A stretch of 64,000 nucleotides of DNA from an uncultured bacterium (GTDB taxonomy: Bacteria; Babelota; Babeliae; Babelales; Vermiphilaceae). The DNA lies in assembly GCA_963701085.1 (NCBI GenBank), contig OY969561.1, forward strand, positions 416,001 through 480,000. Direction: 5' to 3'. This document shows positions 24,200-34,281 of this stretch, one piece after another. The notes under the pieces were generated by a model that did not search any database, was not told the origin of the DNA, and worked only from the letters and a program-made list of their open reading frames with translations. Numbering within the stretch: position 1 is the stretch's first letter; every line of letters begins with the position of its first letter. The position numbers and the translations under genes were made by a program.

Positions 24200-25069
24200 A
24201 TGAATATAAAAAATAATGTTCTTTTTCTTCTTGTGGTGACCTGTGCCTCAACAGACACTTTTGCCATACCTAAAACCATAACCCTATTTTCTCATGGCAT
24301 AGCCGATACATGGAAACAAGTTCATGGATACGTCAAATCATACAAAAAAAATGATACAATATATCGCAATGATCGCTATCTTGTGCATACACCTTTTGTA
24401 ACTTTTAACTATCCAGATGCAACAAATAAGTTCTATCGGGTCAATTATAATGAAACAAGCTTTGGGCAAGAAAATGAAATTGCTCGCCTTAATAAAGCTT
24501 ATGAAGCGGCAATGTCTCGCTATAAAAATTGTGGTATTATCTTGTGTGGACTATCGCGCGGTGCAGCCAACATATTAATTTTTTCAGGATTATACGAACT
24601 TACCAATGTAAAAGCTTTAGTGATTGAATCGCCTTATTTTACCATGGGAGAGGTTATCGAAAGTATAATGATTAAAAAAAATCTTACCTGGCTACCTCTT
24701 TCATATGGTGAAACACTCGCGGAATTTATTTTTAAACGATACACCCGCTATGGTTATAGCCCAGCAAATTGTATCGAAAACATCTCAAAAGAGATCCCTA
24801 TTTTCATCATTTGCTCCAAGCAAGACCGTCTTGTTCCCTTTTCAAGCTCAATTAATGTATACAAAAAATTAGTTGAATCTGGACATAAACATACCTATAT
24901 TTTTATTGCCGATCATGGAAGGCATGCCGCAATATTACAAGGACCCGATGGCGAACAATACCAATGGGTTGTTAATGCATTTTATAAGAAATATAATCTT
25001 CCCCATTGCGCTGCTAGCGCTGCAAAAGGAAAATCTCTTCTTGCTCTTTGTCAACCAAAAATTGACTAA
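24200..25069 (+). CDS. Secreted alpha/beta-hydrolase-fold protein
   Basis: Signal peptide, FSHG, nucleophile elbow GLSRG, D in SKQDRLVP and H in GRHA. Confidence 0.7.
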   Translation: MNIKNNVLFLLVVTCASTDTFAIPKTITLFSHGIADTWKQVHGYVKSYKKNDTIYRNDRYLVHTPFVTFNYPDATNKFYRVNYNETSFGQENEIARLNKAYEAAMSRYKNCGIILCGLSRGAANILIFSGLYELTNVKALVIESPYFTMGEVIESIMIKKNLTWLPLSYGETLAEFIFKRYTRYGYSPANCIENISKEIPIFIICSKQDRLVPFSSSINVYKKLVESGHKHTYIFIADHGRHAAILQGPDGEQYQWVVNAFYKKYNLPHCAASAAKGKSLLALCQPKID

Positions 25070-25220
25070 AAAAAACAATCTCTTTTCTCTCTGTTTTTTT
25101 AAAATTTTTCGACTTTAAAAAAAATATTTATTCATTCTGTTGATTTTACAAAGTAGTTTTTTGTACAATTGAAATTGAAGTAAGTATAGGGTTTTAGTCC
25201 AAACAAAAAAAGGAGTCGCT

Positions 25221-25673
25221 ATGGTAGTCAAGAAGGCGAAAAAAGCTGTAGCCAAAAAAGCTACTGCTAAACGTAAACCAGCTGTGAAAAAAGCTGCTGC
25301 TAAACGTAAACCAGCTGCTAAAAAAGCTGCTGCTAAACGTAAACCAGCTGCTAAAAAAGCTGCTGCTAAACGTAAACCAGCTGCTAAAAAAGCTGCCGCT
25401 AAACGTAAACCGGCTGCGAAAAAAGCTGCTGCTAAACGTAAACCAGCTAAAAAAGCTGCTGCTAAACGTCGTAAACCAGCTGCTAAAAAAGCTGCTGCTA
25501 AGCGCAAACCAGCTAAAAAAGCCGCTGCTAAACGTCGTAAACCAGCTGCTAAAAAAGCTGCTGCACATCACGCAGGACACGTTGCTCACGCTGGTGCAGA
25601 ACACGCAATGAAAAAACCTGCTAAACGTAGAATGACTGTAAGAAGATCTGTTGCGGCTAAAAAGCCTGAGTAA
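25221..25673 (+). CDS. Histone H1-like Lys/Ala/Pro-rich DNA-binding protein
   Basis: Repeated KPAAKKAAAKR, strong RBS (aaggag) and a downstream terminator hairpin. Confidence 0.85.
   Translation: MVVKKAKKAVAKKATAKRKPAVKKAAAKRKPAAKKAAAKRKPAAKKAAAKRKPAAKKAAAKRKPAAKKAAAKRKPAKKAAAKRRKPAAKKAAAKRKPAKKAAAKRRKPAAKKAAAHHAGHVAHAGAEHAMKKPAKRRMTVRRSVAAKKPE
25255..25563 (+). repeat. Coding tandem repeat of about 33 bp (aaaaaagctgctgctaaacgtaaaccagctgct), about 9 units with 30-bp and 36-bp variants
   Basis: Read directly from the sequence. Confidence 0.85.
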
Positions 25674-25702
25674 TAGTTCTTTTTTATAGAATAATTCTTA
25701 AC

Positions 25703-25738
25703 AAAATAGGTCTTACCTTCCGGCAAGACCTATTTTTT
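25703..25738. terminator. Bidirectional terminator between the H1-like gene and FKBP
   Basis: aaaataggtctt...aagacctatttt inverted repeat. Confidence 0.65.
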
Positions 25739-25755
25739 ATATTTTTGTGTATATT

Positions 25756-26232
25756 TTATGAAATTTGAAGTAATTCAACATCAAAAATAAGATTAGCGTT
25801 TGCTGGAATAACTGCTCCAGCACCACGTGCACCATATCCCAAGTTTGATGGAATAAAAAGGCGACGTTTTTCACCAATTTTCATGGTCATAACACCTTCA
25901 TCCCATCCTTGAATAACATGACCAATGCCGATATTAAAACTGAATGGTTTGCCACGATCAACACTGCTATCGAACTTTTTACCTGGCTCACCATTATTAT
26001 TCAGCCAACCAGTATAATGAACGGTTACTAATTTGCCAACGCTTGGATTGGCGCCTGATCCTTCCTGCAAAATCTCATATTCTAAACCAGAAGCGGTTCT
26101 TGTATGTGTCATCTTTCTATTTCCTGACTGTGCTGCTTTGTTATTATTATCATTGTTTTTGATGTTAGTACAACTTACCAGTACAACAGCCGTTGCTGCC
26201 ACCAATGAACAAACTACTACTAATTTCTTCAT
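25756..26232 (-). CDS. FKBP-type peptidyl-prolyl isomerase, probable lipoprotein
   Basis: VHYTGWL, KFDSSVDRG, VIQGWDEG, LGYGARG, LIFDVELL; lipobox-like LVSC. Confidence 0.92.
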   Translation of the reverse strand: MKKLVVVCSLVAATAVVLVSCTNIKNNDNNNKAAQSGNRKMTHTRTASGLEYEILQEGSGANPSVGKLVTVHYTGWLNNNGEPGKKFDSSVDRGKPFSFNIGIGHVIQGWDEGVMTMKIGEKRRLFIPSNLGYGARGAGAVIPANANLIFDVELLQIS

Positions 26233-26337
26233 ATCTTCTCCTTTTAAAAAACTTAATTGTAGGTAATTATAACAGGAGTTTTGATAGATTCAAAGTCCAC
26301 GTTTTTTCCACCATTCATCAAAAAATTGCTGTATTAA

Positions 26338-26371
26338 GAAAATAAGGTCCTTCAAAAAGACCTTATTTTCT
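26338..26371 (-). terminator. Terminator hairpin after the ankyrin gene
   Basis: gaaaataaggtc...gaccttattttc. Confidence 0.6.
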
Positions 26372-26399
26372 TTAATTAAAACTAATTTAACTATTTTTA

Positions 26400-26963
26400 C
26401 TATTTTTTAGCACCATGCTTAATGAGCAAATTAACTATTGCATTGTCTCCTTGTTTACGAGCTAACATTAATGGAGTCATTTCTTCACCAGGCTTACCTG
26501 CATCTGCCATAGCAGATGGCCATTCGTATGCTAAAGCATTAGGATTAGCGTTATATTTTTCAAGTAATGTCTTTACTGCTAAAGCATTTCCTTGTTTTAC
26601 TGCAACATAGAGTAATGGATAATCAAAGTTATAAGTTCTATACTCATTAACGTCAATAATCCCACGCATTGAATTAAGAATATTAAAAATTACTGGCCAA
26701 TTAACTATAATTGGATCTTCTATTAACATTTCTCTTCCTGGCTCACCTCCATATCTCCGTACTCCTTCTTCAATTGCAACATCAATCAGTTTGTACACGT
26801 CAGGACGTTCTAATTCTCTTTGGCGCTCAATTTTTTTCCATTGCACAGCTTCTATTTTTCTGGCTTGCTCTCCTGTTATTCCTCCTGGATATGCAACGTC
26901 CGCATTAATGCTTGCAACAGCACTAAACACTATCATTCCTGATAGTAAATGTAACTTCTTCAT
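26400..26963 (-). CDS. Secreted ankyrin-repeat protein
   Basis: Signal peptide; PLLYVAVKQGNALAVKTLLEKYNANPNA and TPLMLARKQGDNAIVNLLIKHGA. Confidence 0.85.
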   Translation of the reverse strand: MKKLHLLSGMIVFSAVASINADVAYPGGITGEQARKIEAVQWKKIERQRELERPDVYKLIDVAIEEGVRRYGGEPGREMLIEDPIIVNWPVIFNILNSMRGIIDVNEYRTYNFDYPLLYVAVKQGNALAVKTLLEKYNANPNALAYEWPSAMADAGKPGEEMTPLMLARKQGDNAIVNLLIKHGAKK

Positions 26964-27305
26964 AGAATTCTCCTCTTTTTGAACATTGAAGATATATTAT
27001 TACAATTATAATAATAATTGACGGGGGGGGTAAAAAGCAATAGTCTTATATATATTTTTATTTTTTTAATATTTTACAATAGTATTTAAGCTTGTTAAAT
27101 ATAATGGATTACACTTATTGATCGTTCTTTCAATGTCAAAAGGGTCACCCCAGCCTTTTACAAAAAAAAAGTAAAATAACGGTAACTAGCAACTTTTTAA
27201 ATTTAGACTACGCCTTTAATGCAAAATTATTGCTTCTGCAATATTACTTTTTATAGGCTAAAAAAAGTTTAAAATCCCAAACCAAATAATGGTATAAAGA
27301 TACGT

Positions 27306-28493
27306 ATGAAACTAAAATTTTTATTAAACATACTTATATTCTTGGTAGTTCAAACAAGCACCATGCAATCTACATTGACAATGGAAAATCAATCTCAATG
27401 CTATCAATGGGCGATTGTTGGCGCTGGATTGGCAGGAATTACTGCATTGGCAGTCTTAATTGATTCGGGAGTTGATCCTGCAACTATCGCTTGGATTGAC
27501 CCTGAATTTAATGTTGGTAGAGTTGGAAAATATTACCGCAATGTTCCGGGTAATATAGCAACAAGTCGTATGATATTATACGTAAATAATTGTCCTTATT
27601 TTAAAGAAATTGCTTCTGCTTCTATAGACGCACTTTATGCATATAATCCCGAAGAATACCCACCCTTATACATAATTGCTGATCCTTTAAAGGATTTAAC
27701 TACCTATTTGGCCAAAAAGGTTACACCAATAACAGACAGCATTACTTCACTTAATTATGATAATAACCATTGGGTTCTACAGGGCACTGATTACACAATA
27801 AATGCTCAAAAAGTTATTTTAGCCACTGGTGCGCATCCAAGACAACTCAATTATGATATATCAGAAATTCCTCTTGATGATGCAATCGACCAAAATAAAT
27901 TAGCAACATATGTATCTTCTCGTGATCGTGTCGCAGTTTTTGGTGGTATGCACTCAGCAATTCTTATTTTAAAATATTTATCTGAATCCTCAGTTAAACA
28001 AATTATAAATTTCTATATAGATCCCTATTTTTATGACGCACCAGGTTTAGAAGGTACCACGGCACTGTGGGCAAAAAATGTACTTGAACAAGATCCACCA
28101 GGCAATCTTATTCGCATATTGAATACACCTGAAAACAGAAAAACCTTGTTACCTCTGTGCACCAAAGCTATTTATGCAATTGGATATGAACCAAACCCAA
28201 TCCTTGTAAATGGATCATTAGATTTATCATTTGATGAAAACAGTGGCGTAATTGCGCAAGATTTATATGGAATTGGCATAGCTTTTCCACCTACAGGTAT
28301 TATTAATGGTCACAAAATAGCTAAAAATGGCCTCCATGCCTATCTTGGTTACGCAAAAAGAGTAATACCGCAATGGATAGCCAATGAAAGAGGTTATGAT
28401 AAGAATGCGATTGATGCTATAGACCCTTCTCTTCAAACTCAATTGGTTGTTTCTCATGAAAAAGATACAAACCAAGAATTACCATGGATATAG
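27306..28493 (+). CDS. FAD/NAD(P)-dependent oxidoreductase with an N-terminal signal-like segment
   Basis: WAIVGAGLAG, VILATG, VAVFGGMHSA, YAIGY. Confidence 0.75.
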   Translation: MKLKFLLNILIFLVVQTSTMQSTLTMENQSQCYQWAIVGAGLAGITALAVLIDSGVDPATIAWIDPEFNVGRVGKYYRNVPGNIATSRMILYVNNCPYFKEIASASIDALYAYNPEEYPPLYIIADPLKDLTTYLAKKVTPITDSITSLNYDNNHWVLQGTDYTINAQKVILATGAHPRQLNYDISEIPLDDAIDQNKLATYVSSRDRVAVFGGMHSAILILKYLSESSVKQIINFYIDPYFYDAPGLEGTTALWAKNVLEQDPPGNLIRILNTPENRKTLLPLCTKAIYAIGYEPNPILVNGSLDLSFDENSGVIAQDLYGIGIAFPPTGIINGHKIAKNGLHAYLGYAKRVIPQWIANERGYDKNAIDAIDPSLQTQLVVSHEKDTNQELPWI

Positions 28494-29370
28494 TTGCAAA
28501 GAAGTGCCACGTAACTTGCTCACCAAGAAAAACCCACCCAAGTAGTGCCGCAAATAATGGTGTCATGAAACCGGCAAATGATAAAAACGTTGGTGAATAG
28601 CGAGATAATAGATAGCCATATAAATTATAACAGATGATATTGGCGATAAGAATGAGCGCCATGCTATAGACCCCAAGCATTATTAAACTTTCACCAAATG
28701 TTCCGTAGTACGCAACCAATGTCTCACTGGTTACGGAAACATCTTTTATCATAGGCAACCCTTCTTTGCATAATGAAAGAATAAGAGCACAGATACCTCC
28801 TCCCAGCATTCCAATACCATTGATCATGATAAATGAGTATCCTTTATGAATAAGATCTTTCATTACTATCCAACCGTAAGCACTGGAGGTAACTGAGCCG
28901 ATCAAAGCCACTTCATAGCAGGAAAGAAAACCAACATGCCATGCAAAAGCTTCTAATGGCGTTTGTGCAATCAAAATAGGGATAAATGCCAAAAATCCTA
29001 TCGCAAGTCCGCATAGTTGACGATATGACAGTCGTTCTGCAAACAAAAAATAAGAAAAAAGAGCTGTAATAAACGGTGATAAATTATATAAAAGACATGC
29101 TTTTGCTGAAGTTACCTGCTCTAAAGCCCAAAACTCAAGGCAGTAGGAACAAAAAATATGAAATATGATAATAGAGAGAAAACTCGAATAATCTTTTGGG
29201 TTAATAGATAATCGCTTTTTTGCAAACATGGTGTAATACCAAAGCAGTAAACTGCCTCCAAGTATCATACGCACCCCGATGAACAAAAATGGCGGTACAT
29301 ATAACAGCGCCGCTTTACCAAGTGTAAAAGTACTCGCAAAAAGAAAATAAAGAAAAATAACAAGAACCAT
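28417..29370 (-). CDS. DMT/EamA-family transporter
   Basis: About 10 hydrophobic helices; LSPFITALFSYFLFAERL and PLFAALLGWVFLGE. Confidence 0.85.
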   Translation of the reverse strand: MVLVIFLYFLFASTFTLGKAALLYVPPFLFIGVRMILGGSLLLWYYTMFAKKRLSINPKDYSSFLSIIIFHIFCSYCLEFWALEQVTSAKACLLYNLSPFITALFSYFLFAERLSYRQLCGLAIGFLAFIPILIAQTPLEAFAWHVGFLSCYEVALIGSVTSSAYGWIVMKDLIHKGYSFIMINGIGMLGGGICALILSLCKEGLPMIKDVSVTSETLVAYYGTFGESLIMLGVYSMALILIANIICYNLYGYLLSRYSPTFLSFAGFMTPLFAALLGWVFLGEQVTWHFFATISMVILGLYLFHEKQPIEFEEKGL

Positions 29371-29515
29371 AATTTTTATGCTCTTAAAGTATAAATAAAC
29401 AATTACTAAAACGGTGTTATTATATCACATCTGTTGCTTTTTTTAAATAAACTCTGCGATAGTGAATATGATTATGCGTATCTGTATTTAAAAAAACATA
29501 GTGAGAGAGAACGAT

Positions 29516-31612
29516 ATGAATAATTTAAAGAACATTTTTATAACGGCTATCTTGCTCAGTATTAGCCCAATTTTTAGCGCTCAAATAGCATATACGCAAG
29601 AGCCGACAACCATCACAGAACCACTTACAACAACTGATTCCATTGCAACTGCACCTCAAGACGAAGCTACTCCGATTACTTCCCCTGCTGCACAGGAGAA
29701 GGCTGTAATAGAAAAAACTGATCTCCAAAAGTGGAATGATCACCTGGATAAACTCAAAATTGCAACTGAACAATGGAATACCAACGATAATGTACCGCAA
29801 AGTGACTGGACAACAGAAGCAATTACCTATGCCAAAAATGCTCTTGAGTACGATAAAACAGTTGCTGAAACGTTAAAATCTGCTTTCTTTGATGCCATTA
29901 ATGCAAAAATTGATCTTGAAAAAGGAAAATTTAGTGAAAAAACATTTGCGTTAATTACTGAATTTAATGAAGCCATTGAGGCAAAATTAAAAGCAATGGA
30001 AGATGCTGCAGTAGCAAAAGAAGCGGCAAAAAAAGCTGTACTTGAAGAACCAAAACCTGAACCAGTTGTTGAACAAGCTCCAGCGCCAGTAGAAACGTCT
30101 CCTGCGCCAGCAGCTGAAGAAATAACTCAATCACAAACAACTGCATCAACAAACGAACCCTCTCAGGACCTGCGTACAGAATGGGATAACCAACTTTATA
30201 AAATAGAAACTGAAGGAACAACGCTGAGCGATACTCAAAAGTTGTTGGGCAAAGCATATGAACTAGCGAGACAATTACTATCATCACAACTAAGTTACCC
30301 AGAAAATCTACAATTTGATTTTGAGGATGCTCTTACTGAACGAGCTTTTAATAAACGAGGAAGATATCCCAATTTATTTACAATCAATTTTAGTGATGCA
30401 ATGGAAGTTTTTGCTGAAGCAACCGGTATTCCAATGCCAACATATGATCAACAAATTGATCAATTTGACCAAGAACAGCAACGCACAGCTGCAGAACGAC
30501 AAGAAGTAGCGAAAAAAGAAAGAGAAAAAGAATTAAAAATTATAGCAGGTTTACAAAAGGCAGATATAACAGAAAGTAAAATGCAAGAGCTTAATCGGTT
30601 ATTACAACAAAAAATAGCTGCTGCTGAACTGCAAACTCAGACTGAGGCAGCAAGAACTAAAGCTGAAACCGACGCAAAAATAGAACAACTGCGACAAGAA
30701 TTAAAAATAGCCAAAGCGCACAAGGCTCCTGAAGCTCCACAAGGCATATTGGGAACTGCTATCGGAGCTGTGAAAAATGTTGCAAGTGCCGCAAGCACAT
30801 GGTGGTACGGATCAAACACAGCTGAAGAGGATCAAAATCGACTGACAAAACTGAGAGAGATTCTTGCTGCTATGGCTTTAACAGATAAGGAAAAACAAAA
30901 AATAGAAATTGCTTGGAAAAATTTTATAGATAATTTACGTTCCGCTCCTCAATTATCGGATACAACTCATGCAGCATCCAATAACCAATGGATAATGACT
31001 ATAGGGCAGGCATTGGAAATTCTCATCACGCAGTACCATATACTATCACTGAAAGATGCTCGTGATATTATAGAAAATATTGTTCAGCCATCTGATAACC
31101 GCACCCAAATTATAAAAGAAATGAGAAGATACCTCAAAGAAAAAGAGCAAAAAAATATTTCTGAAAAGCAACAACAAAAAGCAGGCATTTTAAAAGAAGA
31201 GCAACAAAAAAGAGAAACAAAAGAACAAAAATTACGTGCGCAACAACGCATTAAAGATGAAGAAAGTCGTAGAGAACAAGAAAAACAAAAACACTTATCA
31301 GCTATTAATTCTTATAATCAAGAAGAAAAACAATGGCATATATTTCTTACTCAGTTAGCTCAGAATAAACATGCAACAGCTCAAGAAAATAAGGTATCTA
31401 CCACCGAGGCTATTAAAAAATCACAATCATTACTTAACCTTGCACATATCATTGCCCCAAAAGATAAAAAAAATAAATCTGCTTTAGCTCAAAAACTAAA
31501 ATCAGAATTTACGAACGCTCTTTTAAAGCAACAAGAAAGTAACGAACCTGCAATAAACGTTCATCAGAATATGGACCATTTTAATAACGCAATTAATAAA
31601 ATGATGGAATAA
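29516..31612 (+). CDS. Secreted coiled-coil hypothetical protein
   Basis: Signal peptide, Pro/Ala/Thr-rich linkers and long E/K/Q-rich heptad segments. Confidence 0.7.
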   Translation: MNNLKNIFITAILLSISPIFSAQIAYTQEPTTITEPLTTTDSIATAPQDEATPITSPAAQEKAVIEKTDLQKWNDHLDKLKIATEQWNTNDNVPQSDWTTEAITYAKNALEYDKTVAETLKSAFFDAINAKIDLEKGKFSEKTFALITEFNEAIEAKLKAMEDAAVAKEAAKKAVLEEPKPEPVVEQAPAPVETSPAPAAEEITQSQTTASTNEPSQDLRTEWDNQLYKIETEGTTLSDTQKLLGKAYELARQLLSSQLSYPENLQFDFEDALTERAFNKRGRYPNLFTINFSDAMEVFAEATGIPMPTYDQQIDQFDQEQQRTAAERQEVAKKEREKELKIIAGLQKADITESKMQELNRLLQQKIAAAELQTQTEAARTKAETDAKIEQLRQELKIAKAHKAPEAPQGILGTAIGAVKNVASAASTWWYGSNTAEEDQNRLTKLREILAAMALTDKEKQKIEIAWKNFIDNLRSAPQLSDTTHAASNNQWIMTIGQALEILITQYHILSLKDARDIIENIVQPSDNRTQIIKEMRRYLKEKEQKNISEKQQQKAGILKEEQQKRETKEQKLRAQQRIKDEESRREQEKQKHLSAINSYNQEEKQWHIFLTQLAQNKHATAQENKVSTTEAIKKSQSLLNLAHIIAPKDKKNKSALAQKLKSEFTNALLKQQESNEPAINVHQNMDHFNNAINKMME

Positions 31613-31728
31613 CCCTTCGATACGTTTTTTAAGACAAAAACACTCAGGGCGAGCGGAAGAAATTTGCTTTCCCCCGATCGTCCTGAGTGTTCTTCGTAGC
31701 TTTTAGCGAAGAAGAATGTATCGAAGGA
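31613..31728. repeat. REP/MITE-like multi-stem palindrome filling the gap between convergent stop codons
   Basis: Outer arms ccttcgatac/gtatcgaagg; inner arms aacactcagggcgagcgg/ccgatcgtcctgagtgtt; extra hairpin ttcttcgtagc..gcgaagaa. Confidence 0.75.
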
Positions 31729-32550
31729 TTAATCATCTTCGCTACCAACCTGCAATTCATTATCAATAATCATAACCCGTTGAATTTTAAGCGCTTTACC
31801 GCTTTGTGTATCAATTTCTATCCATGCACCACTCATCACAATGGGAACGGCTGTATCGGGAACAAATTTTACCGGCAAAGCGGTGAGAAAATTATGAATA
31901 ATTGATTCTTTTTTCATACCAAGCATTGAATTGAATGATCCAGTCATACCAAGATCAGTAATATGCGCGGTTCCACCAGGCAGAATGCGTTCATCAGCGG
32001 TTTGAACATGCGTATGGGTACCAACAACGCCACTCACGCGACCATCAAGAAAAAATGACATCGCCATTTTTTCCGAAGTTGCCTCCGCATGAAAATCAAC
32101 AAGAATAATATTTGTTTTTTCTCGTAGCGTTTCAACAATTGCATCCGCTTTGTAAAACGGACAATCGATTAACTCTTTCATAAACACACGGCCCTGTAAA
32201 TTCACCACACCAATGCGGTGACCTTCCACCATAAATGATGTTACTCCAACGCCGGGGGTTGCTGCGGGAAAGTTTGCAGGACGCAATAGATCACTGTTTT
32301 CATCAAGGTAAGGGTAAATTTCTTTGTGTCTCCAAATATGATTACCGCTGGTGATAACATCAACGCCATTGTGTTTAAAAAAGCGCACATTTTTTGTGGT
32401 AATACCTCGACCATGTGCGCAATTTTCACCATTAACAATAACCGCATTAATGTTATGCGTTTTTTTTATCTTATCAATATGCTTTTGGAATATTGCGCGC
32501 CCAGCTGCACCAACAACATCTCCAATCATAAGTACTCGTAATGTATCCAT
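31729..32550 (-). CDS. ymdB: YmdB-family metallophosphoesterase
   Basis: IGDVVG, VNGEN, SGNHIW, LRPAN, DFHAEATSEK, GTHTHV; directly downstream of rny. Confidence 0.93.
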   Translation of the reverse strand: MDTLRVLMIGDVVGAAGRAIFQKHIDKIKKTHNINAVIVNGENCAHGRGITTKNVRFFKHNGVDVITSGNHIWRHKEIYPYLDENSDLLRPANFPAATPGVGVTSFMVEGHRIGVVNLQGRVFMKELIDCPFYKADAIVETLREKTNIILVDFHAEATSEKMAMSFFLDGRVSGVVGTHTHVQTADERILPGGTAHITDLGMTGSFNSMLGMKKESIIHNFLTALPVKFVPDTAVPIVMSGAWIEIDTQSGKALKIQRVMIIDNELQVGSEDD

Positions 32551-32552
32551 AC

Positions 32553-34118
32553 TTACCTTGCATACTCAATTGAACGTTTTTCACGAATGACATTAACCTT
32601 TATTTGACCAGGGAAGGTCATCTCTTGCTCGATTCTGCGAGCAAGATTATGAGCAAGTAAATTTGCTTGTTCATCATTAAGGCAATCTTCTTGAACAATA
32701 ACACGTAATTCTCGGCCAGCTTGAACAGCGTAGGCTTTTTTTACACCGTCAAATGTTGCTGCTATTTCTTCAAGTTTTTCTAATCGCTTGATATACGCGG
32801 TTAATGTTTCTCTACGCGCACCAGGACGCGATGCTGAAATAGTATCAGCTATAACAACTATAATTGCATAAATTGATGCGAATGGAACTTCTTCATGATG
32901 GGCAGCAATAGCATTAACAACAATAGCATTTTCACCACAACGTTTTGCTATATCACCACCAATTGAAGCATGAGGGCCTTCTACTTCAGCGGTAACCGCT
33001 TTGCCAATATCATGTAATAAACCTGCACGTAAGGCCAATGAGCCATCGAGCCCCATTTCTTCTGCTATCATGCGAGCAAATACGCCTACTTCCTTACAAT
33101 GCACTAAAACATTTTGGGAATAACTGGTTCTAAAATGAAGCTTTCCAAGTAACGTAATAATTTCTGGATGAATGCCCTGTAAATTGAATTCAAGTACCGT
33201 ATTTTTACCATATTCTTGAATAATTTCTTCAATATCTTTTTCGCACTGAACAACAGTTTCTTCAATACGTGTTGGATTAATTCTACCGTCAACAATAAGC
33301 TTTTCCAAGGTACGAACAGCAACTTCACGGCGTATCGGATTAAAGCCAGATACGGTTATATCTGAAGATTCTCCAATAATGAACTCCATTCCGGTAGCCA
33401 TTTCCAAAGATTTAATATTTCTACCTTCTTTTCCAATAATTCTTCCCTTCATCTCTTCATTAGGAAGATGAACTATCCCGGATAAATAAGGAGCAACAAG
33501 ATCTGCTGTATATCGCTGCATAGCACTTACGACGATGCTAGTAGCTTTTTCTTTTGCTGTTTGACGCGCTTCTTCTTCAACTTTTTGTACATATTTCTGA
33601 CTAGCAAGACGAACTTCAGATTCAATGGTGCCAAACAATGCATTTTTTGCATCATCTTTTGACATACCACTAATTTGTTCCAGCTTTATAATAAGATCGC
33701 TGTAAAGTGTCTTTACCTTGGTATCATTTATGCGAACAGCATCTTCAAGACGAGATAAATTGCGCTCTTTTTGCTGCAACTCAATACGTAAATCATCGAG
33801 TTGGACTTCACGTTTTTCTAAATGTTCAGATTTGGTATTTAATTTTGTTTGAAGACGATCAATTTCTATGCGTTCACGCTTGAGTTCTAATTCAAACTCT
33901 TTTCTTTTGTGATACATTTCATCTTTAATTTTTATTAAAGCTGCTTGCTTTTCAGCATCAATATCACGTTTTGAATTTTTCAAACGATCTTTAGAATCAT
34001 TGAGTAAAAGTGAGGCTACTGCACTTTTTTTATATGCAAGCAACAAAAAAACCAGCGCAACAACAAAAGTTGCTACACTAGCACCTATAAAAAGAATAGA
34101 CATGTCTATCATGGGCAT
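32553..34118 (-). CDS. rny: Ribonuclease Y
   Basis: N-terminal TM, coiled coil, KH domain (MKGRIIGKEGRNI), HD domain (LLHDIGK), ISASRPGARRE. Confidence 0.96.
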   Translation of the reverse strand: MPMIDMSILFIGASVATFVVALVFLLLAYKKSAVASLLLNDSKDRLKNSKRDIDAEKQAALIKIKDEMYHKRKEFELELKRERIEIDRLQTKLNTKSEHLEKREVQLDDLRIELQQKERNLSRLEDAVRINDTKVKTLYSDLIIKLEQISGMSKDDAKNALFGTIESEVRLASQKYVQKVEEEARQTAKEKATSIVVSAMQRYTADLVAPYLSGIVHLPNEEMKGRIIGKEGRNIKSLEMATGMEFIIGESSDITVSGFNPIRREVAVRTLEKLIVDGRINPTRIEETVVQCEKDIEEIIQEYGKNTVLEFNLQGIHPEIITLLGKLHFRTSYSQNVLVHCKEVGVFARMIAEEMGLDGSLALRAGLLHDIGKAVTAEVEGPHASIGGDIAKRCGENAIVVNAIAAHHEEVPFASIYAIIVVIADTISASRPGARRETLTAYIKRLEKLEEIAATFDGVKKAYAVQAGRELRVIVQEDCLNDEQANLLAHNLARRIEQEMTFPGQIKVNVIREKRSIEYAR

Positions 34119-34121
34119 TCC

Positions 34122-34279
34122 TAATGCTAAACAGGCATAACACCTGTAGCTTAATTAACAATAATAAAATTAGTGTCGCAAGCAGAATATGTTAGCTTAC
34201 ACTAATGGAATGCACACAACAAGGAGATTGGTTCAAACTAACATTGCTACATTCATTACACAAGCAGTTACCTACGTAA
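34122..34279 (-). ncRNA. ssrS: Candidate 6S RNA
   Basis: ORF-free 163-bp gap between zapA and rny, a known syntenic position for ssrS. The minus strand has TTTGAACCAA and complementary segments ATGTTAGTTT/AAGCTAACAT and TGTAGC/GCTACA. Ends are approximate. Confidence 0.4.
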
Positions 34280-34281
34280 TA

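Noticed and set aside
25255-25563. CRISPR array
   Set aside because: The 33-bp units are contiguous in-frame coding repeats without unique spacers; no cas genes.
25115-25604. Minus-strand ORFs RLAAAFLAAG... and FSSSFFSSW...
   Set aside because: Antisense frames of the H1-like gene, which has the RBS and terminator.
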